Made by a program: the position numbers and the translations under genes. A stretch of 64,000 nt of DNA from an uncultured Spirochaetota bacterium (lineage in GTDB: Bacteria > Spirochaetota > Brevinematia > Brevinematales > JAOACQ01): assembly GCA_963835575.1 (NCBI GenBank), contig CAWIGG010000004.1, positions 512,001 through 576,000 on the forward strand, in the 5' to 3' direction. Under the pieces are notes generated by a model. That model made no database searches, was not told the DNA's origin, and saw nothing but the letters and a program-made list of their open reading frames with translations. Positions 9,742-20,348 of the stretch are shown piece after piece (position 1 is the stretch's first letter; each line of letters opens with the position of its first letter).

Positions 9742-10182
9742 CTATATTTCGTAATTCGCATTATTATTCAATATCCTCGACTCTTCCGCCAAGTCTGAGA
9801 GCGTCACCGAATCCAGCGTTGACCGCATGGAATCCGAAAGCTTCTGCCAGAATAAGGATGCCGCGCAAATACCAAGGCGTCCGCAGTTTTCCTTTTCATT
9901 GCAGGGCACTAAATCCAGCGAGCCTTCCAGCTTTTCCATAATCTCCCTCATCGTGATCTGTGCCGGGTTCCTGGCCAGGATATATCCGCCCTGCGCTCCG
10001 CGTTGGGAAAGCACAAGCCCGCCTGTTCGCAAGATCCGTATGATCTGTTCAAGATATTTCAGGGAAATATCCTGCGCTTTGGATATCTCGCTTAATTGAA
10101 TATAACCTTCATTGTACCGGATCGACAACTCCATTAATAATCTCACGCCGTATCGTGTTCTGGTGGAAATCTGCATAACCAT
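9742..10182 (-). CDS. Rrf2-family regulator (IscR/CymR-like)
   Basis: STRTRYG, YLEQI, SQRGAQGGY; three C-terminal Cys. Confidence 0.9.
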   Translation of the reverse strand: MVMQISTRTRYGVRLLMELSIRYNEGYIQLSEISKAQDISLKYLEQIIRILRTGGLVLSQRGAQGGYILARNPAQITMREIMEKLEGSLDLVPCNEKENCGRLGICAASLFWQKLSDSMRSTLDSVTLSDLAEESRILNNNANYEI

Positions 10183-10192
10183 ATCCTACTAT

Positions 10193-10211
10193 TCATACTA
10201 ACATAGTATGA
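10193..10211. promoter_or_regulatory. Probable Rrf2 operator
   Basis: TCATACTA-ACA-TAGTATGA perfect 8-3-8 palindrome directly upstream of the Rrf2 gene. Confidence 0.65.
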
Positions 10212-10355
10212 TATATAATAAGTTATTTTTTCACCGATGTCAATAGTTTTAAAAAAATAATTTACTAAACTTGTAATTTATTCCCGGCTTGACAATTGAA
10301 CATGTCTCCCTTACAATCTTTAAGATTGTTCATTTGTTCTTTGGAGGATTTTTGC

Positions 10356-12995
10356 ATGGGGATTGGTTTAGACAGCGCTTACAAACCTTCTGAATTTGAG
10401 GAGGAGATATACCGCGAGTGGCTTCAAAAGGGTTATTTTAAAAGCAGGGTAAATCCGGACAAAAAACCTTATACGATCGTCATTCCGCCTCCCAACGTCA
10501 CTGGCGTGCTCCACATGGGGCATATATTAAATAATACATTGCAGGATATCCTGATCCGGTATTACCGGATGAACGGATACGAGGCCTGCTGGATCCCGGG
10601 GACTGACCACGCGTCGATTGCGACGGAAGCGAAGGTTGTGAAATACCTGGCTGATAAAGGCATAGATAAGTTTAAAATAGGCAGGGAAAAATTCCTGGAA
10701 TACGCTTGGGAATGGAGGGAGAAATACGGCGGGATCATCATCAGCCAGCTCAAAATGATGGGCGCGAGCTGCGACTGGGACAGGGAACGTTTTACAATGG
10801 ACGGCGGTTATTATAAAGCGGTCATTCACAGTTTTGTTGAATTATATAAAAAAGGATATATTTATAAAGGGTTCAGGCTGGTCAACTGGTGCCCGGTTTC
10901 CAAATCGGCCATTTCCGACGAGGAAGTGTATTATAAGGAAGTTGAAGGCAAACTCTGGTACTTTAAATACCCGGTAAAAGGCGAAAAGGATTTTCTGGAA
11001 ATAGCCACGACAAGGCCCGAAACTATGCTCGGCGATACGGCCGTCGCGGTCAATCCCAAGGACAAGCGTTATAAAAAATATGTCGGAAAAACCGTCATTC
11101 TTCCCATTGTCGATAAGGAAATTCCCGTCATTGCTGATGAATATGTCGATATGGAATTCGCGACAGGCGTTGTCAAGATCACGCCGGCGCATGACCCGAA
11201 CAACTATATCATCGGAAATAAGCATAATCTTGAATTTATCAATATCATGAACGAGGATGCGACTCTGAACAATAATGTACCGGAGGATTACCGCGGCCTG
11301 GACCGTTTTGAGGCCAGGGAAGCGGTTGTGGAAAAAATGAAGGAGCTCAAGCTTCTATCTAAAATTGAGAATTATACTCATAAAGTCGGGTACAGCGAGC
11401 GCGGGCATGTACCGATAGAACCGTATTTGTCCGAACAGTGGTTTATGAAAATGGATGAACTTGTAAAACCGGCGATAAAAGCTGTTAAAGAAGAAAAGAT
11501 ACAGTTTTATCCCGACAGGTGGACAAAAACTTATTTCCACTGGCTTGAAAACATAAAAGACTGGTGCATATCCCGGCAGCTCTGGTGGGGACACCGCATA
11601 CCGGTTTATTACTGCGGCGACTGCGGCTATTATAACGCGTACGAAGAGGCGCCGGTTAAATGTAAAGAATGCGGCAGTAAAAAAATAAGGCAGGATGATG
11701 ATGTGCTGGACACATGGGCTTCCTCATGGCTGTGGCCCTTTGCCGTGCATAAATGGCCTGAAGTCGATGCCGACCTGAAGTATTATTACCCGACGGATAC
11801 ACTGGTGACGGCTCCGGAAATCATATTCTTCTGGGTCGCCCGGATGATCATCGCCGGTATGGAATTCCTGAATAAAATTCCCTTCAGCAAGGTTTATTTC
11901 ACAGGGATAGTCCGCGACGAACTGGGCCGCAAGATGTCGAAGTCCCTGGGCAATTCGCCCGATCCCCTTGATGTGATCAAGGAATACGGGGCTGACGCCC
12001 TCCGCTATACCATTACACGCCTCGCGCCCCTGGGCAATGATATTTTTTACACTAACGAAAACTGCGAGCTGGGAAGGAATTTCGGGAATAAGATCTGGAA
12101 CGCCTCTAAGTTCATATTTCAAAACATCAAAGACATCGGCATTAAAAAAATAAATGAAATAACCCTTGATAATTCTGACAAATGGGTCCTTTCGCGTTAT
12201 AATAAAACCATAAAAAAGGTCAGGCAGGAAATAGAGGACTTCCGTTTTAACGACGCGACGGTGAGCCTCTATGATTTTATCTGGGGCGAGTTCTGCGACT
12301 GGTATATTGAAGACTCAAAAGTGGGTTTATACAAGGGGGAAAAAGCGGTACAGGAAGCGAAAATCGCGGTACTTCTCCATATTCTGGAAGGCGGTTTAAA
12401 GCTCCTGCATCCTTTCATGCCTTTTATAACGGAAAAGATTTATCAAAATCTGCCTTCGCATGAAGAGACCATAGTAAGGGCAAGTTTCCCGGTGTATAAT
12501 CCGAAACATGTATTTGAAAAAGAAGAAGCCGGCAATGTGATGATCCAGGCCGTAATTACAGCGGTGAGGAATATCAGGGCCGAAAACAATATCAAACCCA
12601 ATGTTATGGTTAATACGGTCATAGTCATTAAGGATGAGGAAAGCGCCGGTCTGATAAAAAACCAGACAGAAGTGATAAAAAAGCTGGCGAAGATCGAAGA
12701 TATGAAGGTGACGCAATCGTATAAACAATCGGACAATGAAGTGGGAGGAAGCAGCAGGGACTTCGAGGTCTTTGTGTCTTTGGCCGGCATTGTTGATGTG
12801 GAAAAGGAAAGGGAAAGGCTGAACGGGGAACTGCAGAGAATGGAAGCTTCCATAAAATCGGTCCAGGGGAAGCTTGCTAATAAGGATTTTGTCGGGAAAG
12901 CGCCGGAAGCTATTGTTCAGAAAGAAAAGGAAAAACTCGCCTTTCTGGAAGGGGAAAGGGAAAAGATAAAAAAGAATTTAGAGGTTATTAAATAA
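10356..12995 (+). CDS. valS: Valine--tRNA ligase
   Basis: PPPNVTGVLHMGH, DWCISRQLWWGH, KMSKS, C-terminal coiled coil; GGAGG RBS before ATG 10356. Confidence 0.97.
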   Translation: MGIGLDSAYKPSEFEEEIYREWLQKGYFKSRVNPDKKPYTIVIPPPNVTGVLHMGHILNNTLQDILIRYYRMNGYEACWIPGTDHASIATEAKVVKYLADKGIDKFKIGREKFLEYAWEWREKYGGIIISQLKMMGASCDWDRERFTMDGGYYKAVIHSFVELYKKGYIYKGFRLVNWCPVSKSAISDEEVYYKEVEGKLWYFKYPVKGEKDFLEIATTRPETMLGDTAVAVNPKDKRYKKYVGKTVILPIVDKEIPVIADEYVDMEFATGVVKITPAHDPNNYIIGNKHNLEFINIMNEDATLNNNVPEDYRGLDRFEAREAVVEKMKELKLLSKIENYTHKVGYSERGHVPIEPYLSEQWFMKMDELVKPAIKAVKEEKIQFYPDRWTKTYFHWLENIKDWCISRQLWWGHRIPVYYCGDCGYYNAYEEAPVKCKECGSKKIRQDDDVLDTWASSWLWPFAVHKWPEVDADLKYYYPTDTLVTAPEIIFFWVARMIIAGMEFLNKIPFSKVYFTGIVRDELGRKMSKSLGNSPDPLDVIKEYGADALRYTITRLAPLGNDIFYTNENCELGRNFGNKIWNASKFIFQNIKDIGIKKINEITLDNSDKWVLSRYNKTIKKVRQEIEDFRFNDATVSLYDFIWGEFCDWYIEDSKVGLYKGEKAVQEAKIAVLLHILEGGLKLLHPFMPFITEKIYQNLPSHEETIVRASFPVYNPKHVFEKEEAGNVMIQAVITAVRNIRAENNIKPNVMVNTVIVIKDEESAGLIKNQTEVIKKLAKIEDMKVTQSYKQSDNEVGGSSRDFEVFVSLAGIVDVEKERERLNGELQRMEASIKSVQGKLANKDFVGKAPEAIVQKEKEKLAFLEGEREKIKKNLEVIK

Positions 12996-13064
12996 ACGGT
13001 TAAAGGATGGGGATATATATTTTTATAAAGAATTAATTATCCAGAGGGGGTATTCTGGAAAATT

Positions 13065-14210
13065 ATGTTTAATAAAGGAAAATTAGAAATTATCGATGTG
13101 AATTTCCTGAGAGATGGGACAATGCTTTCGGGCATCCTCTATGATGATGTCGGCAACATGCTCTGGCCGGCCAGAAAGCCGCTCTCTGGTAATTTCATAT
13201 TAAAATTGAAAGAAAAAGGCTTGAAGAATGTCTATTATACCCTTCCTATATTTAAAAATTTATTTAATAAAACGCCCATGTTTTCCGCTTCGACCCAGGA
13301 ATTCGCAAAAAATGCAATTGATGAAGTTGTTCATCAAATTAAATTCGGAAAGCTGAGGGATGTCAGGGTTGCCAGGGATTCAGTCGAAAAATTCCTTTCT
13401 GAAATTAAAACACATCCGGAAAACTTTCTGAACCTGATGGTCTTGAAGGACTACGATTCCTATACTTATTATCATTCGATTAATGTAGGGATCCTTTCCG
13501 TGTTTCTTACCAAAAAACTGGGATTTAATGATCTGTTTGCCCTGGATGTCGGGCTGGGCGGTTTTCTTCATGATATTGGAAAAGTGCAGGTGCCCAGTAA
13601 AATAGTCAATAAGAACGGAACACTGAACCCGGAAGAATTCATGTTCATGAAAAGACACCCGATTTTCGGATTTAATCTCATCAGGGACAATATGACGCTC
13701 AGTAATTATATTAAAAAAATTATTCTTTATCATCATGAAAAATGGGACGGTACAGGATATCCGCTTGGTCTGAAAGATGATTCCATCGGCAATTTTGCAG
13801 GCATTGTCGCAGTCAGCGACGTTTATGACGCTTTGACCACGGAAAGGCCTTATAAAAAACCCTATTGTGTGAATGACGCCCTGCTCTATGTCATGCGGAA
13901 TACGCTGACGCATTTCAACCCCTATGTCTCGCAGAGGTTTGTGAATGAAATGGCCAGGATGTTTGATATTGGCTCTTTTTATCCGGTCGGAAGTTTTGTT
14001 TATCTCAATACAGGCGAAGTAGGATATATCATTGCAAAAGACGATGAATACACGATCAGGCCGCAGGTCATTATTTTAAAAAACTTTCAGGGACTTCCTT
14101 TAAGGAATCCAATAGAGGCGGATCTCAGGCGTGATACGACGAGGATCATATACAAAACAATCGATGATCCTGAAGAAATCGAAAAATTATCATTTTTAGT
14201 AAAGTATTAA
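13065..14210 (+). CDS. HD-GYP cyclic-dinucleotide phosphodiesterase
   Basis: YTYYHSINV, LHDIGK, HHEKWDGTGYP, DVYDALTTERPY. Confidence 0.9.
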   Translation: MFNKGKLEIIDVNFLRDGTMLSGILYDDVGNMLWPARKPLSGNFILKLKEKGLKNVYYTLPIFKNLFNKTPMFSASTQEFAKNAIDEVVHQIKFGKLRDVRVARDSVEKFLSEIKTHPENFLNLMVLKDYDSYTYYHSINVGILSVFLTKKLGFNDLFALDVGLGGFLHDIGKVQVPSKIVNKNGTLNPEEFMFMKRHPIFGFNLIRDNMTLSNYIKKIILYHHEKWDGTGYPLGLKDDSIGNFAGIVAVSDVYDALTTERPYKKPYCVNDALLYVMRNTLTHFNPYVSQRFVNEMARMFDIGSFYPVGSFVYLNTGEVGYIIAKDDEYTIRPQVIILKNFQGLPLRNPIEADLRRDTTRIIYKTIDDPEEIEKLSFLVKY

Positions 14211-14224
14211 AGGCAGTACCAAAA

Positions 14225-14370
14225 CTTGTGGTGAGTTTATCGAACCAACCCTGGTTTTTGAAGCCATTGCTGTTGTGCTGAACTTGCAGCCGCTTCGTAT
14301 GCATGGTTCGACAGGCTTGGTTGGTGAGCTTGCCGAACAACACCACAAGCCGCATACTTAACGCGGCAGC
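14225..14370. repeat. Nested REP/MITE-like palindromic element
   Basis: CTTGTGGTGAGTTTATCGAACCA pairs with TGGTTCGACAGGCT...CACCACAAG; the second arm is split by another TGGTGAGCTTGCCGAAC unit. Confidence 0.65.
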
Positions 14371-14405
14371 GCCGTTTCTATTTACTTAAAGCTTTATATT
14401 ATAGG

Positions 14406-14437
14406 GCAGTTATAAAAACTGAGGTTTTTGTAACTGC
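14406..14437. terminator. Stem-loop between convergent genes
   Basis: GCAGTTATAAAAAC-TGAG-GTTTTTGTAACTGC. Confidence 0.6.
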
Positions 14438-15799
14438 TTATTCTTTAATTTCCAGATCTTTATCAATATTCAGTTCTTTTATCTTACGGTGCAGGTATGT
14501 TCTTTCTATTTCCAATGATTCCGACGTTTTTGTGATATTATTATTCAGCTGTATCAGCCTGTTTATGATGAGCTTTTTTTCAAAATCATGTTTTGCTTCT
14601 TTCAGGCTCATTTTTTCATATTTTAAATCAATATTGCTTTCTTCGGGATAGAGAAGCTTGAGCACGTCTTCCGCCTCCACATTTTCCTTATTATTTAAAA
14701 TGATAAGCCTTTCAATGAAATTCCGGAGTTCCCTTACGTTGCCGGCCCAATTTCTATTCTCCAGGATATGAACCGCCGCTTTTGAAATCGTAATGTCCTT
14801 CCCCTTTTTTAAAGCCAGCTCGTCCACGAAAAAGAACACGAGGGATTCTATATCATCTTTTCTTTCACGCAGCGGGGGGATGAGTATAGGTATGACGTTC
14901 AGCCGGTAAAAAAGGTCCTGGCGGAATTTTCCGAGTTTTATTTCTTCGAATAGCTCTTTATTTGTCGCGGCGATAAGGCGGGCGTCAACCTTTACGTTGT
15001 CGTTCCCACCGACGCGCTGGATTTCCTTTTCCTGGATTGCTCTGAGAACTTTCGCCTGAGCGGAAAGGCTTAAATCGCCGATTTCATCTAAAAAGAGCGT
15101 GCCTCTGTGCGCCGCTTCAAACTTGCCCTTTTTCTGCTTAATGGCGCCGGTAAAAGCGCCCTTCTCATAGCCGAAAAGTTCGGACTCGATCAGCGTTTCA
15201 GGAATGGCGGCGCAGTTCACTCCGATAAACGGGAAATTTTTTCTGATGCTCAGGCTGTGGATCATCCGCGCGATCACTTCTTTTCCAGTGCCGTTTTCAC
15301 CGGCAATAAGGACTGAGGCGTCGCTTTGAGCGATCTGCGGAAGTTTATCAAGAATATCCTGTATGATCCTGCTCGATCCGACAAACTGTACCGGCTCTAT
15401 TTTAGATTTGAGATTGAGGTTCTCCATCTGGAGCTCTTTAAATTTGACGGCGTTCCGGATCGAATTCAATATTCTTTCTATTGAGAGAGGTTTTTCAATA
15501 AAATCATAGGCGCCTTTTTTCATGGCTTCAACGGCCATTTTAATATCGCCATGTCCGGAAATGATCACCGCCGGGATAAGAGGAAATTCATTGTGTATAT
15601 AGTCGAGGACATCCATACCGCCCTTTTTCGGGAGCATGACATCCAGAATGACGGCGTCGATATCTTCCAGAAGTATTTTTTTTATGGCGTCTTCGCCGTC
15701 TTCCGAGCATATAGTATCGTACTCTTCGTCCATCAGAATGTCTGAGATCGTCTCGCGGATTTTTTCTTCATCATCAACAACCAGTATTTTATACTTCAT
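14438..15799 (-). CDS. Sigma54-dependent response regulator (NtrX/NtrC-like)
   Basis: REC (ILVVDD, LDVMLP, KP), GENGTGKE, GAFTGA, C-terminal Fis HTH. Confidence 0.92.
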   Translation of the reverse strand: MKYKILVVDDEEKIRETISDILMDEEYDTICSEDGEDAIKKILLEDIDAVILDVMLPKKGGMDVLDYIHNEFPLIPAVIISGHGDIKMAVEAMKKGAYDFIEKPLSIERILNSIRNAVKFKELQMENLNLKSKIEPVQFVGSSRIIQDILDKLPQIAQSDASVLIAGENGTGKEVIARMIHSLSIRKNFPFIGVNCAAIPETLIESELFGYEKGAFTGAIKQKKGKFEAAHRGTLFLDEIGDLSLSAQAKVLRAIQEKEIQRVGGNDNVKVDARLIAATNKELFEEIKLGKFRQDLFYRLNVIPILIPPLRERKDDIESLVFFFVDELALKKGKDITISKAAVHILENRNWAGNVRELRNFIERLIILNNKENVEAEDVLKLLYPEESNIDLKYEKMSLKEAKHDFEKKLIINRLIQLNNNITKTSESLEIERTYLHRKIKELNIDKDLEIKE

Positions 15800-17501
15800 G
15801 ATAAACCTCTTTTCTGCCGCTTTCATCCGTTATTTTTACCGGGGGATTGTTTTCAAGGGGAATTTCTATAAAGAATGATGTGCCTTTTTCACTGCTTTCA
15901 AACCAGATATTCCCATTATGTTCGGAAATGATCCTCTCGGCAATGGCAAGGCCTATACCGCTTCCGTGTTTTTTTGTAGTGAAATAGGGCTCAAATATTT
16001 TATCCTGGATCTCATTTGGTATGCCCGGGCCTTTATCAATAATGGAAATAATGAGATTTTCCTCATTTTTATCCGCTTTAATTTTCACGAATTTTTCAGA
16101 ATTTTCGCTGGCTTCAATGGCATTATTAACAAGGTTAATGATCACCTGTTTTAACTGATTTTCGTCATAAGACATATATAATTCATTAAAAGAGAGGCTT
16201 TTATTGATTTGAAAAAGCGGATAAGCCCCTTGAAAGAAATCGACAAGTTCATTGAGCGTGGCGGCGATATTTTTCTTTTCCAGCTTCACATTAGGCAGAC
16301 GGGCAAATTTTGAGAATTCATTCACCAGGTTTTCCAGCCGTTTGGTCTCATTGATAATCGTTGAGGTTGTTTTATTGAGTATTTCCCCAAATTCCTTGGG
16401 TTTAAATTCATAAGCGTAGAGAAGCCTTTCGGTGGAAAGCTTTATGGGTGTCAGCGGATTTTTAACTTCATGGGCCAGCCTCCTGGCCATTTCCTGCCAG
16501 GCTTCTATTCTTTCCATTCTTTTTATCTGCTGGTAGGCGAATTTTAATTTTGTGGCCATTGAATTAAAATGATATGCTAGGTCCCCTATTTCATCATGGG
16601 ATTTTACATGGACTTTGTAATCGAGGTTTCTTTCCGCGATGATTTTAATGCCTTTGGCAATTTCTTCTATCGGGATGGTGATATTTTTAGCCACAAGCAG
16701 GCTGACAAAAAACACGCCGACAAGAATAGGGACTGCGAGTGTAAAAATTGAAAGGATGGATACAGGCAGAATATATTTTTTCATATGCCGCATCTTATTA
16801 AGTGAATCAAGGTTGTTATTAAGCGATTGAAAAGCTTCTGTTAACACGTTTTCCGTATAGATCGCGTAATAAACATTTTTCTTTTTAATTACTGTAATAT
16901 AATATATTTCGCCGGGATAATAGATGTTTTCTTTTTTACTGGAAAAGAAATTGATAATATTGTTTTTTGCGTCCATAATTGACTGCGAAAGAGATAAGGA
17001 TGTTTTTTTCCTGAAAACTATTCTTCCTTTATCAATCGTGAAAATAATCGGGAATGCGGAAGGATTACTTTCTGTGACCGAGGAAATATCTTTTTCATAA
17101 TCTTTTTTGTGGGCCCATATCATGTTTTTATAACTTTCCAGGAGGCTGTCCGCCACGCTTCTTTCACGGTCTATAAAAGTATTTTCTATAAGAAAGATCA
17201 GGAAAAACATCATACACCCGAATATGATAATAAAGCTCAGTGTAGAAAGAAGGAAGTAGGAAGTGATTTTTCCTCTTAATTTATAACCGCGAACGCCTTT
17301 TCTCTGAAAGAACAGGAGTTTGATGAAATTATAAAACAGCCACAATCCGAAAAATGACGCTAAAAAGAATATAATCGGCACCACAATTTTCAAGGTTAAA
17401 TTCGCCTGTATGGAAAAGAGCCACCGGTAAATGGCATAAGCGGATAATGAAGCAAGGATTGCAATAAGCGGGATGATGACATAATTCCATTTTTTATTCA
17501 T
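15789..17501 (-). CDS. HAMP sensor histidine kinase (NtrY-like)
   Basis: AWQEMARRLAHEVKNPLTPI, DKGPGI, GSGIGL; TM segments. Confidence 0.92.
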   Translation of the reverse strand: MNKKWNYVIIPLIAILASLSAYAIYRWLFSIQANLTLKIVVPIIFFLASFFGLWLFYNFIKLLFFQRKGVRGYKLRGKITSYFLLSTLSFIIIFGCMMFFLIFLIENTFIDRERSVADSLLESYKNMIWAHKKDYEKDISSVTESNPSAFPIIFTIDKGRIVFRKKTSLSLSQSIMDAKNNIINFFSSKKENIYYPGEIYYITVIKKKNVYYAIYTENVLTEAFQSLNNNLDSLNKMRHMKKYILPVSILSIFTLAVPILVGVFFVSLLVAKNITIPIEEIAKGIKIIAERNLDYKVHVKSHDEIGDLAYHFNSMATKLKFAYQQIKRMERIEAWQEMARRLAHEVKNPLTPIKLSTERLLYAYEFKPKEFGEILNKTTSTIINETKRLENLVNEFSKFARLPNVKLEKKNIAATLNELVDFFQGAYPLFQINKSLSFNELYMSYDENQLKQVIINLVNNAIEASENSEKFVKIKADKNEENLIISIIDKGPGIPNEIQDKIFEPYFTTKKHGSGIGLAIAERIISEHNGNIWFESSEKGTSFFIEIPLENNPPVKITDESGRKEVYHEV

Positions 17502-18108
17502 TGATTATTCCATTTTTATTAAAATATTTTGACTGTAATTTTCCTGAAGTATAATTCCACCTCCCCATCAGGCTGTAAATAAAGCTGAGCGGAGGGAAAA
17601 GCTCCATGGATATAATCTCCTGTTTTGCGACTAAATAATAATGAGAATCCTCATCCAGAGAATCAATGGGAATAATTTTAACATTCTTTATGCTTGAAAC
17701 ATAATCTATCATGTCTAATATACCGGGGAACCATTTACTTTTCAATTCATTTTGATTTGATAGAATTGATTCAAAGCCGTTATTAATGATGTCTTTTTTA
17801 CATTTATATTCCATGTTAATATTGGTCAGAAGCATATCCGGGAAAAAAAGAGGGTTTTTTTTATATATATCAAATTCATAAATGATCTTAAGATTGATGC
17901 CGTCCTCAATAATTCTCTTCATATCAACATAATTCGTCGGATCTGAGCTGACTGATAGAATTAAAAAATTACCTTCAAAAGCTATTTTTGTTATTTTGAA
18001 TTCGGAAAAGGCCTTCGGCGGAATAGAAATGAAAAGAGGAATGATAAACAGGAATAAACTTTTAGCGATAAAATGGATCAGATCTTTACAGAGCATACTA
18101 TCATCCAT
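17494..18108 (-). CDS. Exported hypothetical protein (DUF4390-like)
   Basis: Sits upstream of the NtrY-like kinase; LFPPL motif; signal-like N-terminus. Confidence 0.55.
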   Translation of the reverse strand: MDDSMLCKDLIHFIAKSLFLFIIPLFISIPPKAFSEFKITKIAFEGNFLILSVSSDPTNYVDMKRIIEDGINLKIIYEFDIYKKNPLFFPDMLLTNINMEYKCKKDIINNGFESILSNQNELKSKWFPGILDMIDYVSSIKNVKIIPIDSLDEDSHYYLVAKQEIISMELFPPLSFIYSLMGRWNYTSGKLQSKYFNKNGIINE

Positions 18109-18593
18109 TCTCTGGGGCTGACATGAAATGAAATATTATTGAGGCTTTTTTCTATTTCCTTATTAAGGTCGACGGCATAATTATAAGCGTCATAAATACT
18201 ATAAGCTTTGAGGCCGGTATAAACTAAAATAGAGGCGCATAAAAGCACTTTGTCTGTATTATCCATACTGAAAAAACTTATGGATGAATTGGAATAAGTG
18301 TTCTGGAATTTCAGCATCATTGCGAAATTGAGAACATGGTAAAGTGTTTCACCGAAAAACAGGATTGATCCTGTGGTATACTGCCGGTTATAAAACTGGC
18401 CTACACCCGAGTAAATAAGTGAAAACATGGCTGAAGCGAAGGGATCTTTTTTTTCAGAAATCAGGTTTATTGTTTTTTCTTTCAATAATATACTATTCTG
18501 GGATGAATTGTTTTCTTCCGGAAAAAAGGATACTTTTGCTGTAAAAATGATAAAGAGGGTTAAAATTACACAAAAACATCTGGACATTTTCAT
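18078..18593 (-). CDS. Membrane protein (DUF5683/TM2-like)
   Basis: KDPFASAMFSLIYSGVGQFY, YSIYDAY. Confidence 0.6.
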   Translation of the reverse strand: MKMSRCFCVILTLFIIFTAKVSFFPEENNSSQNSILLKEKTINLISEKKDPFASAMFSLIYSGVGQFYNRQYTTGSILFFGETLYHVLNFAMMLKFQNTYSNSSISFFSMDNTDKVLLCASILVYTGLKAYSIYDAYNYAVDLNKEIEKSLNNISFHVSPREWMIVCSVKI

Positions 18594-18600
18594 TTCCTTT

Positions 18601-19044
18601 TTAAAATTGATATTGATAACAAAGGCTGACCGTATCCTTATTTATGTCAAAGCCGATCGAAGTATTCTGGTCAAATGCCGCGTCAACTATATTGTAGATA
18701 TACAAAAGAGAGTAGGTTATTCCCAGGCCGATACTCCAGAAAAGACTGTTTTTATCAATGTCGGTCCGCAGACGGAACCGGGGAGGCGACGTCCAGATTG
18801 TCGATAAGTCAATATCGCAGAAGCTTGAAAAAAAGCCGTACGCGAGAATTGTTGAAGAACTCCATATGACTATACCTTTTACCAGCTGGCCGGAATATAT
18901 CTGCCCGGTTCCGGGACAGACAACCGAAAGAAGAATGGCTAGGGGTTTGTTCCTGACCGGGCTTGTTTCCTCAGAAAACAATGGATTTTGTAAAAAAAGA
19001 AAAGAAAAATAGAAGAAAGATATAAAGACTTTTTTAATCTTCAT
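18601..19044 (-). CDS. Membrane protein, paralog of 18078-18593
   Basis: AILLSVVCPGTGQIY, YNIVDA. Confidence 0.6.
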   Translation of the reverse strand: MKIKKVFISFFYFSFLFLQNPLFSEETSPVRNKPLAILLSVVCPGTGQIYSGQLVKGIVIWSSSTILAYGFFSSFCDIDLSTIWTSPPRFRLRTDIDKNSLFWSIGLGITYSLLYIYNIVDAAFDQNTSIGFDINKDTVSLCYQYQF

Positions 19045-19303
19045 CGAATTTTCTGATCTCCACCAGCTCTTTTAATGCCTCAAGAGCTTTTTCTTCATCC
19101 TCCCCGCTGGCAATTATGCTTAAAATAACGCCTTTACCCGCGGCTAAAAGAAGCAAATTCATAATGCTTTTACAGTTCACTTCGCTGTCATCTTTTATTA
19201 CTTTAATATCGCATTTAAATTGGCTTGCCAGATTAGCCATCAGTGAAGAAGGACGGGCATGAAGACCATATTCATTTTTAATCTGAACCTTTATTTCTTT
19301 CAT
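19034..19303 (-). CDS. ptsH: Phosphocarrier protein HPr
   Basis: GLHARP (His15), KSIMNLL (Ser46). Confidence 0.93.
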   Translation of the reverse strand: MKEIKVQIKNEYGLHARPSSLMANLASQFKCDIKVIKDDSEVNCKSIMNLLLLAAGKGVILSIIASGEDEEKALEALKELVEIRKFDED

Positions 19304-19355
19304 TCTTTAACTTAACCTCTGAGCATACTACTTAATTTTATATTATTTTAGCAAT

Positions 19356-20336
19356 TTATACAACTTCTTTTTCCTTTTTCATAAAACTTTGTATTTTCTG
19401 GTCGAGCTCCTGGGCCGAATTAAAACCCAGTTTTCTCATTACTTCCCGGTAGGCGGCCACTTCGATCAGGAGCGGTATATTCCGGCCGGGGCTGACCGGG
19501 ATTTCTTTTCTGGGGATTTCGATGCCCAGTATATTATCATACTTTTCTTCCATGCCCAGCCTGTCATAACCGTAGGTGCTGTCCCATTCATGCAGGTCTA
19601 TAATCAATTCCAGCCTTTCTGATTTTAATATTCTGCCTTCGCCGTAATACTGAGAAACGTTGATAATCCCGATCCCTCTTATCTCAAGGTAAGGGCCGTA
19701 GTTCAGGTACGGTTCTCCTTTTAATTCAAATCCATGCGCGGTCCGTATTTTTTTTATTTTCACAATATCATCACAGATAAATTTATGGCCTCTTTCCACA
19801 AGTCCCAGTACGCTTTCACTCTTGCCGATGCCGCTTTTCCCTGTTATCAGGACTCCCACATTATAGATTGACATAAAATTGCCATGGATGGTGACAAACG
19901 GGGCAAATACTTCAGCCAGTATTGTTGAAATGAGGGCTATAAAGCGCCTGGACGAAAGCTTGGTTTTAAAAAACGGTATGGCTTTAGCGTTACTTTTTTG
20001 AATAATGTAGTCCGGTATTGAAAAGTTATGCGTCACAATACAGACGGGAATGTCATAATTGAAAAACTCATCTATATTCTCGGTGTTTTTTTCATTAACC
20101 AGCTTTTCAACATAGGCAATTTCACCCCTTCCGAAGATCTGAATTCTCCTGCTGGCAAAACAATCGAAAAAGCCTGCTAAAGGAAGGCCCGGCCTGTTGA
20201 TTTCCTCGCTGATTATTTTCTTGTTCAACCCGTCTTCACCGCCGACCATTTCAAGACCGAGCGAGTTATTCTGTTCCTTATCGATATCCAGAAGTTGTGA
20301 TACGGGAATACTTGAGGTACTGGATTTATCATCCAT
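19356..20336 (-). CDS. hprK: HPr kinase/phosphorylase
   Basis: NRPGL, GKSGIGKSE, LEIRGIGII, PGRN. Confidence 0.95.
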   Translation of the reverse strand: MDDKSSTSSIPVSQLLDIDKEQNNSLGLEMVGGEDGLNKKIISEEINRPGLPLAGFFDCFASRRIQIFGRGEIAYVEKLVNEKNTENIDEFFNYDIPVCIVTHNFSIPDYIIQKSNAKAIPFFKTKLSSRRFIALISTILAEVFAPFVTIHGNFMSIYNVGVLITGKSGIGKSESVLGLVERGHKFICDDIVKIKKIRTAHGFELKGEPYLNYGPYLEIRGIGIINVSQYYGEGRILKSERLELIIDLHEWDSTYGYDRLGMEEKYDNILGIEIPRKEIPVSPGRNIPLLIEVAAYREVMRKLGFNSAQELDQKIQSFMKKEKEVV

Positions 20337-20348
20337 AATGATACCGCT

